Virus record (IMG/VR): IMGVR_UViG_3300021408_000092
Coordinates: 1 to 37,088 of that record
Source of the DNA: a virus
Taxonomy: Duplodnaviria > Caudoviricetes
DNA length: 37,088 bases
Direction: 5' to 3' (one strand)
In this document: positions 26,928 to 33,579 of the stretch, one piece after another
Layout of the letters: each line of letters begins with the position of its first letter
How positions within the stretch are numbered: the stretch's first letter is position 1
Notes under the pieces: generated by a model
Seen by the model: the letters and a program-made list of their open reading frames with translations, nothing else
The model's database searches: none
Told to the model about the DNA's origin: nothing
Position numbers and translations under genes: made by a program

Positions 26928-27218
26928 TTATTTGGGGATTGTGGTGAATTTTAGTAGCGCACCGCCGTGGGCGAGGGTGAGCTTGTAGGTGGCTCCCGTG
27001 TCGGTGATGGTCGTGGCGAGGTCTTTAATTAGTTGTGTTACGTCGTCTTCGGGCGTTGTGGAGATGTCGATGGTGAATCGCATCTGGGTTTCAGTGAGGA
27101 CTTCTTCACTGTTTTTGAGGTGCGCGTAGTCGGCGAGTAGCTCGGAGTAGTCGGCTCGTAGTTGTTCGTATTTGGCGATGTCTTGGGGGCTCATGTCTCT
27201 TCTTTCCTTCGCGTTCAT
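26928..27218 (-). CDS. Hypothetical protein
   Basis: ATGA overlap at 27215-27218 (alternative start 27194). Confidence 0.6.
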   Translation of the reverse strand: MNAKERRDMSPQDIAKYEQLRADYSELLADYAHLKNSEEVLTETQMRFTIDISTTPEDDVTQLIKDLATTITDTGATYKLTLAHGGALLKFTTIPK

Positions 27219-27421
27219 TTGCTGGTAACCCACGTGACGAGGGCGTAGATTGCCCATCCGATGAGACCAAGGAATGAGAGCTTCACGAGGGCAGCTCCAA
27301 ACCCGATCAGTTTCCAAAAGAATGGGATTTTAGGGAAGTCGTCGTTTTTGTTTTCGGTTCGGTTTGTTGGTGTGTTCAGTTGGGTGAGGAAGTTTCGTGC
27401 CTCGTACTCTTCGCGTTTCAT
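27215..27421 (-). CDS. Small membrane protein
   Basis: RBS AAGGA; hydrophobic C-terminal half. Confidence 0.6.
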   Translation of the reverse strand: MKREEYEARNFLTQLNTPTNRTENKNDDFPKIPFFWKLIGFGAALVKLSFLGLIGWAIYALVTWVTSK

Positions 27422-27429
27422 GGGGTTCC

Positions 27430-27522
27430 TTAGTTGGTGATCATCCAAACAATGGCGATGAGGGTGGCGCAGATCATGGCTAGGCAGATGATTCCTGCCG
27501 TGGTGTTTTTTTTGTCGTTCAC
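27430..27522 (-). CDS. Very small membrane peptide (30 aa)
   Basis: Translated by hand as MNDKKNTTAGIICLAMICATLIAIVWMITN; GTGA overlap, RBS AGGAG. Confidence 0.5.
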   Translation of the reverse strand: MNDKKNTTAGIICLAMICATLIAIVWMITN

Positions 27523-27731
27523 TGTTTGTCTCCTATTGTTGCCATGGTTTTGGTGGTGAGGTCTTTGATGATGTTCATGCCGTCGACGGGGTGTTGTTTC
27601 TTAATGGCCTCGAGTAGGGCCAGCATGACTGTGGTGAGTGCGTTGCCTAGTCGTTCGTTTTCTGCTTCGAGTGTTTCTATACGGGTGCGGATGTATCGAT
27701 CGGAATAGCTTTCGGTGAGTTCGATTTGCAT
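27519..27731 (-). CDS. Small coiled-coil protein (70 aa)
   Basis: RBS AGGAG before ATG 27731; IETLEAENERLGNAL. Confidence 0.6.
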   Translation of the reverse strand: MQIELTESYSDRYIRTRIETLEAENERLGNALTTVMLALLEAIKKQHPVDGMNIIKDLTTKTMATIGDKQ

Positions 27732-27745
27732 GGTTGCTCCTGTGG

Positions 27746-27916
27746 TTAGAGTTTTGTTGCTGCGATGATGAGGAGGGTTGCGGTGATCGCGCAGGTGACT
27801 GTGGTTGCGGCGGCGAGTCCGGGTGTGATGGGTTTGCGTGGTTTGCCTATTTGGGTGATGTCGACTATGGCGGCTAGGATGTTGAGTGCGGCGAGTATGT
27901 AGAGTGCGTAGTTCAT
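27746..27916 (-). CDS. Small two-helix membrane protein (56 aa)
   Basis: Translated by hand as MNYALYILAAL...IGKPRKPITPGLAA...; RBS AAAGGAG. Confidence 0.65.
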   Translation of the reverse strand: MNYALYILAALNILAAIVDITQIGKPRKPITPGLAAATTVTCAITATLLIIAATKL

Positions 27917-27947
27917 TTTTCTCCTTTATGTTTTTCTGAACAACGTC

Positions 27948-27986
27948 ACCATACCACAGCCACAACGGTGCCACAACGGCTTGAGG
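27948..27986 (-). promoter_or_regulatory. Promoter TTGTGG-17-TATGGT with tandem GCCACAACGG operator boxes
   Basis: GCCACAACGGTGCCACAACGGC at 27959-27980, between divergent genes. Confidence 0.7.
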
Positions 27987-27995
27987 TAGGGGATT

Positions 27996-28226
27996 ATGGA
28001 ACAGGCAGACCTAGACAAAAGATTCACCCAACACGCACCAGACCCGGCGAAAACACAACTTCAGAACACGGTACGAAACACGCTGAAAGCAGCAGCAGAC
28101 GCCGTAAACACCGTCGTCCCCGAAGGCCGGGAAAAAGTGCTGGCCGTCGCGAAGCTCGAAGAGGCCATGTACTGGGCAAACACCGGTATCGCACGGCATG
28201 TTGAAGCCGCACCCGAAGGCGCGTAA
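27996..28226 (+). CDS. Acb2/Tad1-like cyclic-nucleotide sponge domain protein (putative anti-defence)
   Basis: RFTQHAP...VR...VPEGREKVLAVAKLEEAMYWANTGIAR helical-hairpin signature. Confidence 0.72.
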   Translation: MEQADLDKRFTQHAPDPAKTQLQNTVRNTLKAAADAVNTVVPEGREKVLAVAKLEEAMYWANTGIARHVEAAPEGA

Positions 28227-28302
28227 ACTGGGGTTGCAAACAAATTCTGGCTAGCAACGACAGCAGTCAGTACATAGGCAGCCTGAGCCGGTAGGTGAAG
28301 GA

Positions 28303-28345
28303 GAAGCCCCGCATCCCGGCCGGACGGCCAGAGGTGCGGGGCTTC
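28303..28345. terminator. Hairpin between convergent genes
   Basis: GAAGCCCCGCATC...GGTGCGGGGCTTC. Confidence 0.6.
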
Positions 28346-28358
28346 AGTCATTCCCGGT

Positions 28359-28709
28359 CTAGAACATAGGTATAACCAGAAGGTTTGGAGCGTGGAGAGG
28401 CATGACTTCCATTCGCCCATCCAAAAGGACTCGCATGCTAATTGGGTCTCCGCAAGATGCACCCATCTCTCTGATGAAATCTTCCATCAAATCACACTGA
28501 ATGAATGGAAATCTGCATTCGTGTGGCTCTTCCGAATGTCTCTCGTGTGCGATCTCCATGCAGCAACCCCCGGGAGTCAGACCCAGAACTACCGCTTCAC
28601 CAGTTTTGTGCTGCTTCCATTCCCCCATTCCCAACCAGGCGTACCAGAGTGGCGTTCCGACCGGATAGGTGGGTATTACAACGTTGTCACGCTGGGTCTT
28701 GTTGCACAT
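28359..28709 (-). CDS. Hypothetical protein
   Basis: TGATG-coupled to the upstream gene. Confidence 0.55.
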   Translation of the reverse strand: MCNKTQRDNVVIPTYPVGTPLWYAWLGMGEWKQHKTGEAVVLGLTPGGCCMEIAHERHSEEPHECRFPFIQCDLMEDFIREMGASCGDPISMRVLLDGRMEVMPLHAPNLLVIPMF

Positions 28710-29167
28710 CAGAAATCCTTAGCCTCCACTTGCGGTGCACTTTTAAACACATGCTTCATCAAAACTGCCGGTTCAAACTTCTGCCCCAGCTCAGGCCTTT
28801 GGGGATGCCTTTGACCATCAGCAAGCATTCTGATGTGTGCTCTTTGAGCCAGTACCGTGCGCCTGGCATAGCTGCCTTCACTCTCACCGTCAATGTCGGC
28901 GACTGGGATGAAGGAGGATTCCCATCCATGAGAGCGACGCTCCCTGATTTTTACTACCTCTGAGGCAATGTCGTTAGGGTTGATCCACCTGGCCCGGTCC
29001 TCCTGGATTCGGCGGCGGACGAGGGTCTTCAGGGCTTCTAGGCAGTCGGCTAGTGAGAAGTCTCCGATTACCATCTCCCAGGCTTCGACTCCGTATTCTT
29101 CCATCGCCGATTTGGGTCCTGTTTGGCGTGCCATGTTAACGAACTGAACTAGTTGTTTCGGATTCAT
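28709..29167 (-). CDS. Putative helicase loader / replication partner (lambda P-like position)
   Basis: EAWEMVIGDFSLADCLEAL...WINPNDI pattern; ATGA-coupled to the initiator. Confidence 0.65.
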   Translation of the reverse strand: MNPKQLVQFVNMARQTGPKSAMEEYGVEAWEMVIGDFSLADCLEALKTLVRRRIQEDRARWINPNDIASEVVKIRERRSHGWESSFIPVADIDGESEGSYARRTVLAQRAHIRMLADGQRHPQRPELGQKFEPAVLMKHVFKSAPQVEAKDF

Positions 29168-30099
29168 GCTGCACCGCCCATTGTCAGCATTCGGTCCCAC
29201 AGGTTGGCTGGAGCTACACCCGCTGCCTCTTCGGCCTCACGAGACGCTGCACGTTCCAAATACCTGGCGTAGTGAGCCTCGGTACCCAGATCGCCATTAC
29301 GTCGCTGCACGTTGATCTGAGAGCCGTTCCCGGCGCCTTCTCGTTGAGCGACAAGGCGAAGCTGGTCGTACTTCTCACGCAACTTAGGCATCGACAGAAT
29401 GTTGGCTTTCCAGAACTCGTGATTCTGGCACCAAAGGATCGCTGCCTGGATCTGTTGGAAAGTGCGACCGTCACGGTCCAACATGAGCCGAGCTGCATCA
29501 CGCCACTTGTCGGTGATGTTTGGTCTTTTGCTTCCGTTGGCTTCGATGCGGTCAGCTAGGAGTGTGCAAAGAGATTCCACATCGTCTCTTCTGGGCACCA
29601 GGTCGGTGGAGCGCGAAGCGATCTCCGACGAAATGCTTTTATCTTTATCTTTATCTAGAGTCTCTCTTTTAGTATCTCTCTTCTTAGGCGCCTGGTTTAC
29701 CGGCGCCTGGTTTACCGGCGCCTGGTTTTCCGTCGCTGGTTTGACCTGGGCTTTTGCGTTGTTTCCGCTGGTGGCACCGGCGCCTGGTATTGCGCGCACC
29801 TCGGTGGTTGTTCGTATTTTTCCGTCTTCACCTTGGTACTTTTTACTCTCGAATAGCCCTGCCTCCTTCAGCTCGTTTAGGGCGTTTCGGACGGCGTCGC
29901 GGCCTTCTTTGCGCTGACGAGATATGCGGTCAGAAGATATATCCCAACCTTCGGGAAGGCTCATTAGGTAGGTATGTAGCCCCAAAGCTCTCAGGGAAAG
30001 TGAGGGAAGTTGTGACACCTTCCAGAAAGAAGGTGTCCATTCCGGCTCTGGGATTATTTTCTTTAGCTTGGCTGTCTCTTGTGGGTTTTCGTCTGGCAT
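29164..30099 (-). CDS. Replication initiator (lambda O-like; N-terminal wHTH)
   Basis: LSLRALGLHTYLMSLPEGWDIS...EGRDAVRNALNELKEAG N-terminal domain; WRDAARLMLDRDGR...FWKANILSMPKLREKYDQL C-terminal domain; iterons in the linker. Confidence 0.88.
   Translation of the reverse strand: MPDENPQETAKLKKIIPEPEWTPSFWKVSQLPSLSLRALGLHTYLMSLPEGWDISSDRISRQRKEGRDAVRNALNELKEAGLFESKKYQGEDGKIRTTTEVRAIPGAGATSGNNAKAQVKPATENQAPVNQAPVNQAPKKRDTKRETLDKDKDKSISSEIASRSTDLVPRRDDVESLCTLLADRIEANGSKRPNITDKWRDAARLMLDRDGRTFQQIQAAILWCQNHEFWKANILSMPKLREKYDQLRLVAQREGAGNGSQINVQRRNGDLGTEAHYARYLERAASREAEEAAGVAPANLWDRMLTMGGAA
29636..29788. repeat. Iteron array and AT-rich tract: candidate replication origin
   Basis: GGCGCCTGGTTT(A/T)CC x3 in tandem (29687-29731), a degenerate fourth copy, ACCGGCGCCTGGT at 29776-29788, and an AT-rich TTTATC-repeat tract at 29636-29686. 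Confidence 0.75.
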
Positions 30100-30184
30100 G
30101 TGTCTTGCACCTTTAAATAAGGCACGTGACGTTTGGCACTTCCGTTGAGTTCTGCGCCCCCAAGGCGATGGGGTACAATAATCT

Positions 30185-30249
30185 CATCGTGCCGCACCTC
30201 TGACGTGCGGATCCAAAAACCCTCGCTCTAACGAAGCGGGGGTTTTTTT
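30185..30249 (+). ncRNA. Candidate ~65-nt countertranscript antisense to the rep leader
   Basis: -10 TACAAT at 30174-30179, hairpin CCGCAC/GTGCGG, then a terminator stem ending in a T7 run. Confidence 0.5.
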
Positions 30250-30315
30250 CTTGTCTTGATCTTACTCCATTTTGGTTATCGGCGTTTGTGGCGTTTGTGT
30301 TTCACCGATGTGCTG

Positions 30316-30375
30316 AGTGTAGACGAAAACTAATCTGGCCACAACGTTGCCACAACGGCGTGACGGTGGTATGGT
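30316..30375. promoter_or_regulatory. Divergent promoters (rep leftward, early genes rightward) sharing an operator
   Basis: Minus TTGTGG-17-TACACT; plus TTGCCA-17-TATGGT; GCCACAACGTTGCCACAACGGC at 30338-30359 covers both -35 boxes. Confidence 0.78.
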
Positions 30376-30421
30376 TATGAAGTCGAACAGCAACACCACA
30401 CAAAAAACCAAGGAGCCCACC

Positions 30422-30598
30422 ATGAACATCACCGCCACCGAAGCCAAAAACCTCTACCTCGCCAACACCACCACACACAACGGAATCACCACCAAAGACA
30501 TCCACACCCTCGTCGCCGGCGGAGACATCGACACCGACGACCTCGGCATCCCCACCGAAGACATGTGGGCCGTGCTCGCAGACCAAATCAACAGCTAA
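30422..30598 (+). CDS. Small acidic early protein, paralog 1 (58 aa)
   Basis: RBS AAGGAG; ends DTDDLGIPTEDMWAVLADQINS. Confidence 0.75.
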   Translation: MNITATEAKNLYLANTTTHNGITTKDIHTLVAGGDIDTDDLGIPTEDMWAVLADQINS

Positions 30599-30637
30599 CC
30601 CCCTCCACCCCCATTCGCACGGCCCTAGGAGCCCCAC

Positions 30638-30835
30638 ATGACACTCACCGCCCAAGAACTCTCCTCCACCTACCGCACCCACCTATACACCCGCGAACAC
30701 CTCCGCTCCACCGAACTCAACAACAACATGGACCGCATCGAGATCGCCATGGCAGACCTCGATATCGCATGGGACACCTTCCCCACCACCCAACAATGGG
30801 ACGACATCGCCGACCTCATCAACAAAACCAACTGA
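30638..30835 (+). CDS. Small acidic early protein, paralog 2
   Basis: RBS AGGAG; ends FPTTQQWDDIADLINKTN. Confidence 0.7.
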   Translation: MTLTAQELSSTYRTHLYTREHLRSTELNNNMDRIEIAMADLDIAWDTFPTTQQWDDIADLINKTN

Positions 30836-30848
30836 TAAGGACCCCCAC

Positions 30849-31268
30849 ATGACAGACACAACCCTCATATCCGCCGATGCCCAGAAAATCCTCGACCTGG
30901 CAGTCTCCGTCAAAAACACCCTCGACCAACAAAAAAAGACCAAAAAGGACCCCTTCCTCCTCAAGGACCGCCTGAGTGGCGAGTACTCGGGGTATGTCCG
31001 AGCTCTGTCGATCCTCACCGGAATCCGCAGCTACCTCAAAATCCACCAGCTCATCGCACAAACCCAACACCACATCCGCGAGAACGCCATCACCCCCGCC
31101 CAGGTCCGCGACCTCTACAACGGCGCCCCCGCCATCACCCGCGAAGGAATGCCCACCATCACCACCGCAGACATCCACGCCCTCATCGGCGACCACGTCG
31201 ACACCGACGATGACGGTGTTCCCACCGACGACATGTGGGAGGTCCTCGCCAACCAGGTAAACAGCTAG
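30849..31268 (+). CDS. Early protein with a C-terminal paralog-3 domain
   Basis: RBS AAGGA; ends DTDDDGVPTDDMWEVLANQVNS. Confidence 0.75.
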   Translation: MTDTTLISADAQKILDLAVSVKNTLDQQKKTKKDPFLLKDRLSGEYSGYVRALSILTGIRSYLKIHQLIAQTQHHIRENAITPAQVRDLYNGAPAITREGMPTITTADIHALIGDHVDTDDDGVPTDDMWEVLANQVNS

Positions 31269-31301
31269 CCCCGCCCACACACCAAGGACCTAGGAGCCCT
31301 C

Positions 31302-31604
31302 ATGTCTGCACCCACACTCACAAACACCATCCGCCGAACCGAAGCCTGGGAAATCGAAGGCGAGTGCTTCAACATGGACGGAGACTGGTTCTTTCCAACC
31401 GGAACCGTCCCCCCCCCCCCCCCCCCACAAAACCCCCAATGCGCCCAATACGTCATCGATGCCATCCCCACCGCCTACCCCATCCGTGCAGGCATCTGGG
31501 CCGGCATCCGTATCACCGACACCCACAGCACCATGAGCCGCTCCGAATCCCACCAAAAGGCCTACCGTGCTCTCGCCGCTATCGCCACCGGACAGGTCCA
31601 GTGA
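31302..31604 (+). CDS. Hypothetical early protein containing a C18 homopolymer
   Basis: RBS AGGAG; poly-C at 31409-31426 encodes poly-Pro. Confidence 0.6.
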   Translation: MSAPTLTNTIRRTEAWEIEGECFNMDGDWFFPTGTVPPPPPPQNPQCAQYVIDAIPTAYPIRAGIWAGIRITDTHSTMSRSESHQKAYRALAAIATGQVQ

Positions 31605-31644
31605 TCCCCATGAACACTGCCGACGACAACAACTGGTACTAGAA

Positions 31645-31743
31645 ATGAAACCCACAAAAATTCAACACCTAGCCTGGGCAATCTTCTACACATGGATCGC
31701 ATGCTGCGTAGCAGTCCTCATGCTGGCCCTCTCCACCATCTGA
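31645..31743 (+). CDS. Very small membrane peptide (32 aa)
   Basis: Translated by hand as MKPTKIQHLAWAIFYTWIACCVAVLMLALSTI. Confidence 0.45.
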   Translation: MKPTKIQHLAWAIFYTWIACCVAVLMLALSTI

Positions 31744-31749
31744 AAACCA

Positions 31750-31773
31750 AAGGGAGGCCCTAGGGCCTCCCTT
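31750..31773. terminator. Palindromic hairpin between convergent genes
   Basis: AAGGGAGGCCCTAGGGCCTCCCTT is a perfect 24-bp palindrome. Confidence 0.7.
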
Positions 31774-31965
31774 CTACTTTGCGTCCCTCGCCACCCTGTA
31801 CGCCTCAACATCGGCCGGCAAATAACGGCGCCGATTCCCAACCTTGATATACGGCAACACGTCGCGCGGTGTCCTATGCACCGTCGGGATGGAACACGAC
31901 AGGCAGGCAGCTGCCTGGCCGCTCGATAGGTAGCCTCCCGGGAGAGTTTTCATTTCTTGGTTCAT
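31774..31965 (-). CDS. Excisionase/MerR-like (HTH_17) DNA-binding protein
   Basis: YLSSGQAAACLSCSIPTVHR...LPYIKVGNRRRYLPADVEAY; divergent from the transfer module; start at 31965 or 31953. Confidence 0.8.
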   Translation of the reverse strand: MNQEMKTLPGGYLSSGQAAACLSCSIPTVHRTPRDVLPYIKVGNRRRYLPADVEAYRVARDAK

Positions 31966-31978
31966 GCCCACATGATCT

Positions 31979-32920
31979 GCGACAACACCCAAACAAGTCA
32001 ACTTGAGCACCTTAACTAACTTGACTACCTGAACATCGTTGTGCAGACTAGCGACATGACATCACTACGACAAAACATGACATCACTACGACAAAACCTG
32101 TCGCAATGGAGCGACAAGCGACACCAAGCAAAAGCCCGACGCAAAACGATACGACAACTAGCGACATCCCAATCACGACACATCGCAGCCATGGTCGCTG
32201 TCGTTGCAGGCCTCGCCTTTGTCGCAGCAGTCAACTTCGCACTGTCGTTCGCGGGACTCTACGACTTCGGCGACAAACTGTCGGAACTACCAGGAATACT
32301 TCCAGCGTTCGTCCCTGTCGGAGTCGACGGTCTAGCTGTCGCGTCAATGGGCGGCATCTTCATGATGCGACACGCACCACTACGCGTCAGACTCTTCTGC
32401 TGGCTCGTCTTCGCCGCATCACTAGCCGCGTCAATCGCAGGCAATGTGTCGCATGCCGTCACACGCGACCTACATGTCGCAGCCCAATTCGGAAGCGCCG
32501 TATGGCCCCTCTTTGTCGCACTAGCGACACACCTACTAGTCGTCATCATGCGACACATCGAACTAGCGCAACTCGAAACAGCCGACGTGACACCTGTCGC
32601 ACCGCTCAAGCGACGGTCCTGGGTAGTCAAGAACGACAACGACACGACAACGAAACTCAAACCAGCGACACGACAAGCAGCGAAACAACTCACGACAGTC
32701 GCACGACGCGACAACAACACCGACCGCGACTACGCGACACAACGAGCACGCGAAGGCGCGACAGTCACAGAAATCCAACAAGAACTTGTCGCACAAGGCA
32801 GCGACACAAACCGACGCAACATCGAACGCTGGACCAAGCCAATCCGCGACAACGCAGGAGCGACAACATGAGCAACATCCTGATGTTCGCGACAATCGCC
32901 ATCATCGGCTTACTTGTCGC
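31979..32920. repeat. Dense dispersed array of CGACA/TGTCG pentamers, plus a 21-bp tandem duplication (32054-32095)
   Basis: About 39 copies by manual count (~26 forward, ~13 reverse) in ~940 bp. Confidence 0.85.
32056..32871 (+). CDS. DUF2637 / SpdA-like membrane protein with C-terminal HTH
   Basis: Four transmembrane helices with ALSFAGL, PVGVDG, SIAGNVSH and AVWPL motifs; C-terminal GATVTEIQQEL...RRNIERW; promoter TTGACT-17-CAGACT ending 7 nt before ATG 32056. Confidence 0.8.
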   Translation: MTSLRQNMTSLRQNLSQWSDKRHQAKARRKTIRQLATSQSRHIAAMVAVVAGLAFVAAVNFALSFAGLYDFGDKLSELPGILPAFVPVGVDGLAVASMGGIFMMRHAPLRVRLFCWLVFAASLAASIAGNVSHAVTRDLHVAAQFGSAVWPLFVALATHLLVVIMRHIELAQLETADVTPVAPLKRRSWVVKNDNDTTTKLKPATRQAAKQLTTVARRDNNTDRDYATQRAREGATVTEIQQELVAQGSDTNRRNIERWTKPIRDNAGATT

Positions 32921-32987
32921 AGGAATCGTCTCCAAAGAACTTAATGACGCATTCAAGGCCAACCTAGAAGAGGAACGCAACTCATGA
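32868..32987 (+). CDS. Small single-pass membrane protein (39 aa)
   Basis: MSNILMFATIAIIGLLVAGIV...; RBS AGGAG; ATGA overlap. Confidence 0.6.
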   Translation: MSNILMFATIAIIGLLVAGIVSKELNDAFKANLEEERNS

Positions 32988-33199
32988 AAAAGTTTCTGAT
33001 CTACCTAATCGCCCCATTCGTGCTACTCACCGGGATCGCTATCGGAGCCATCGCCGCCACCACAGGACTCGTAGACCCACACGACATACGCGGACTAACC
33101 ACCACACAAATCCTGATAGCAGGCTCACTACTCGGACTAGCAGCCATCGCCATTGGCACCACCGCAACGAAACTCATCCAAAAAGCAGCAGACAAATGA
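32984..33199 (+). CDS. Small two-pass membrane protein
   Basis: Two hydrophobic helices; ATGA overlap. Confidence 0.7.
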   Translation: MKKFLIYLIAPFVLLTGIAIGAIAATTGLVDPHDIRGLTTTQILIAGSLLGLAAIAIGTTATKLIQKAADK

Positions 33200-33267
33200 G
33201 CACTCTTACCACCGTCTTGACGGTCATTACCTCGTTCATCATCGCCTGGATCATAGGAACCCAATGA
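33196..33267 (+). CDS. Hydrophobic mini-protein (23 aa)
   Basis: MSTLTTVLTVITSFIIAWIIGTQ; ATGA overlaps at both ends. Confidence 0.45.
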   Translation: MSTLTTVLTVITSFIIAWIIGTQ

Positions 33268-33461
33268 AAACCTGCCAGCCACACGGCTACAACCCGCCCA
33301 GCAGATGCCCAAACTGCCGAATCCACAAACGCCGACAACGCAAAAAAGCCAGCCAAAAAGGCTGGCAAACCAGACGAGCAAGCATCATCTCAGAAGTAGA
33401 AAACGAACAAGAACCAATCAAAATAAGAGAAGAATTCTCGATCCACGGATGGTTGAGCTAG
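33264..33461 (+). CDS. Small basic zinc-binding-like protein (65 aa)
   Basis: CxxH...CxxC followed by a Lys/Arg-rich helix; ATGA overlap. Confidence 0.55.
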   Translation: MKTCQPHGYNPPSRCPNCRIHKRRQRKKASQKGWQTRRASIISEVENEQEPIKIREEFSIHGWLS

Positions 33462-33579
33462 CAAAATTTGTGGGAGAACCTGCCAGGCGCTAGCGGCGTC
33501 AGTTGTTTAGTGCCTGGAGCTTATCACATAACACCAAATTTGTGCTAACGAAAACTAACAAAGAAAGGCAACAGCAGCT

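Noticed and set aside
31774-31965. Excisionase implying an integration module
   Set aside because: No integrase or att-like tRNA fragment was seen; this HTH family also acts as a plain regulator, and here it is divergent from the transfer operon.
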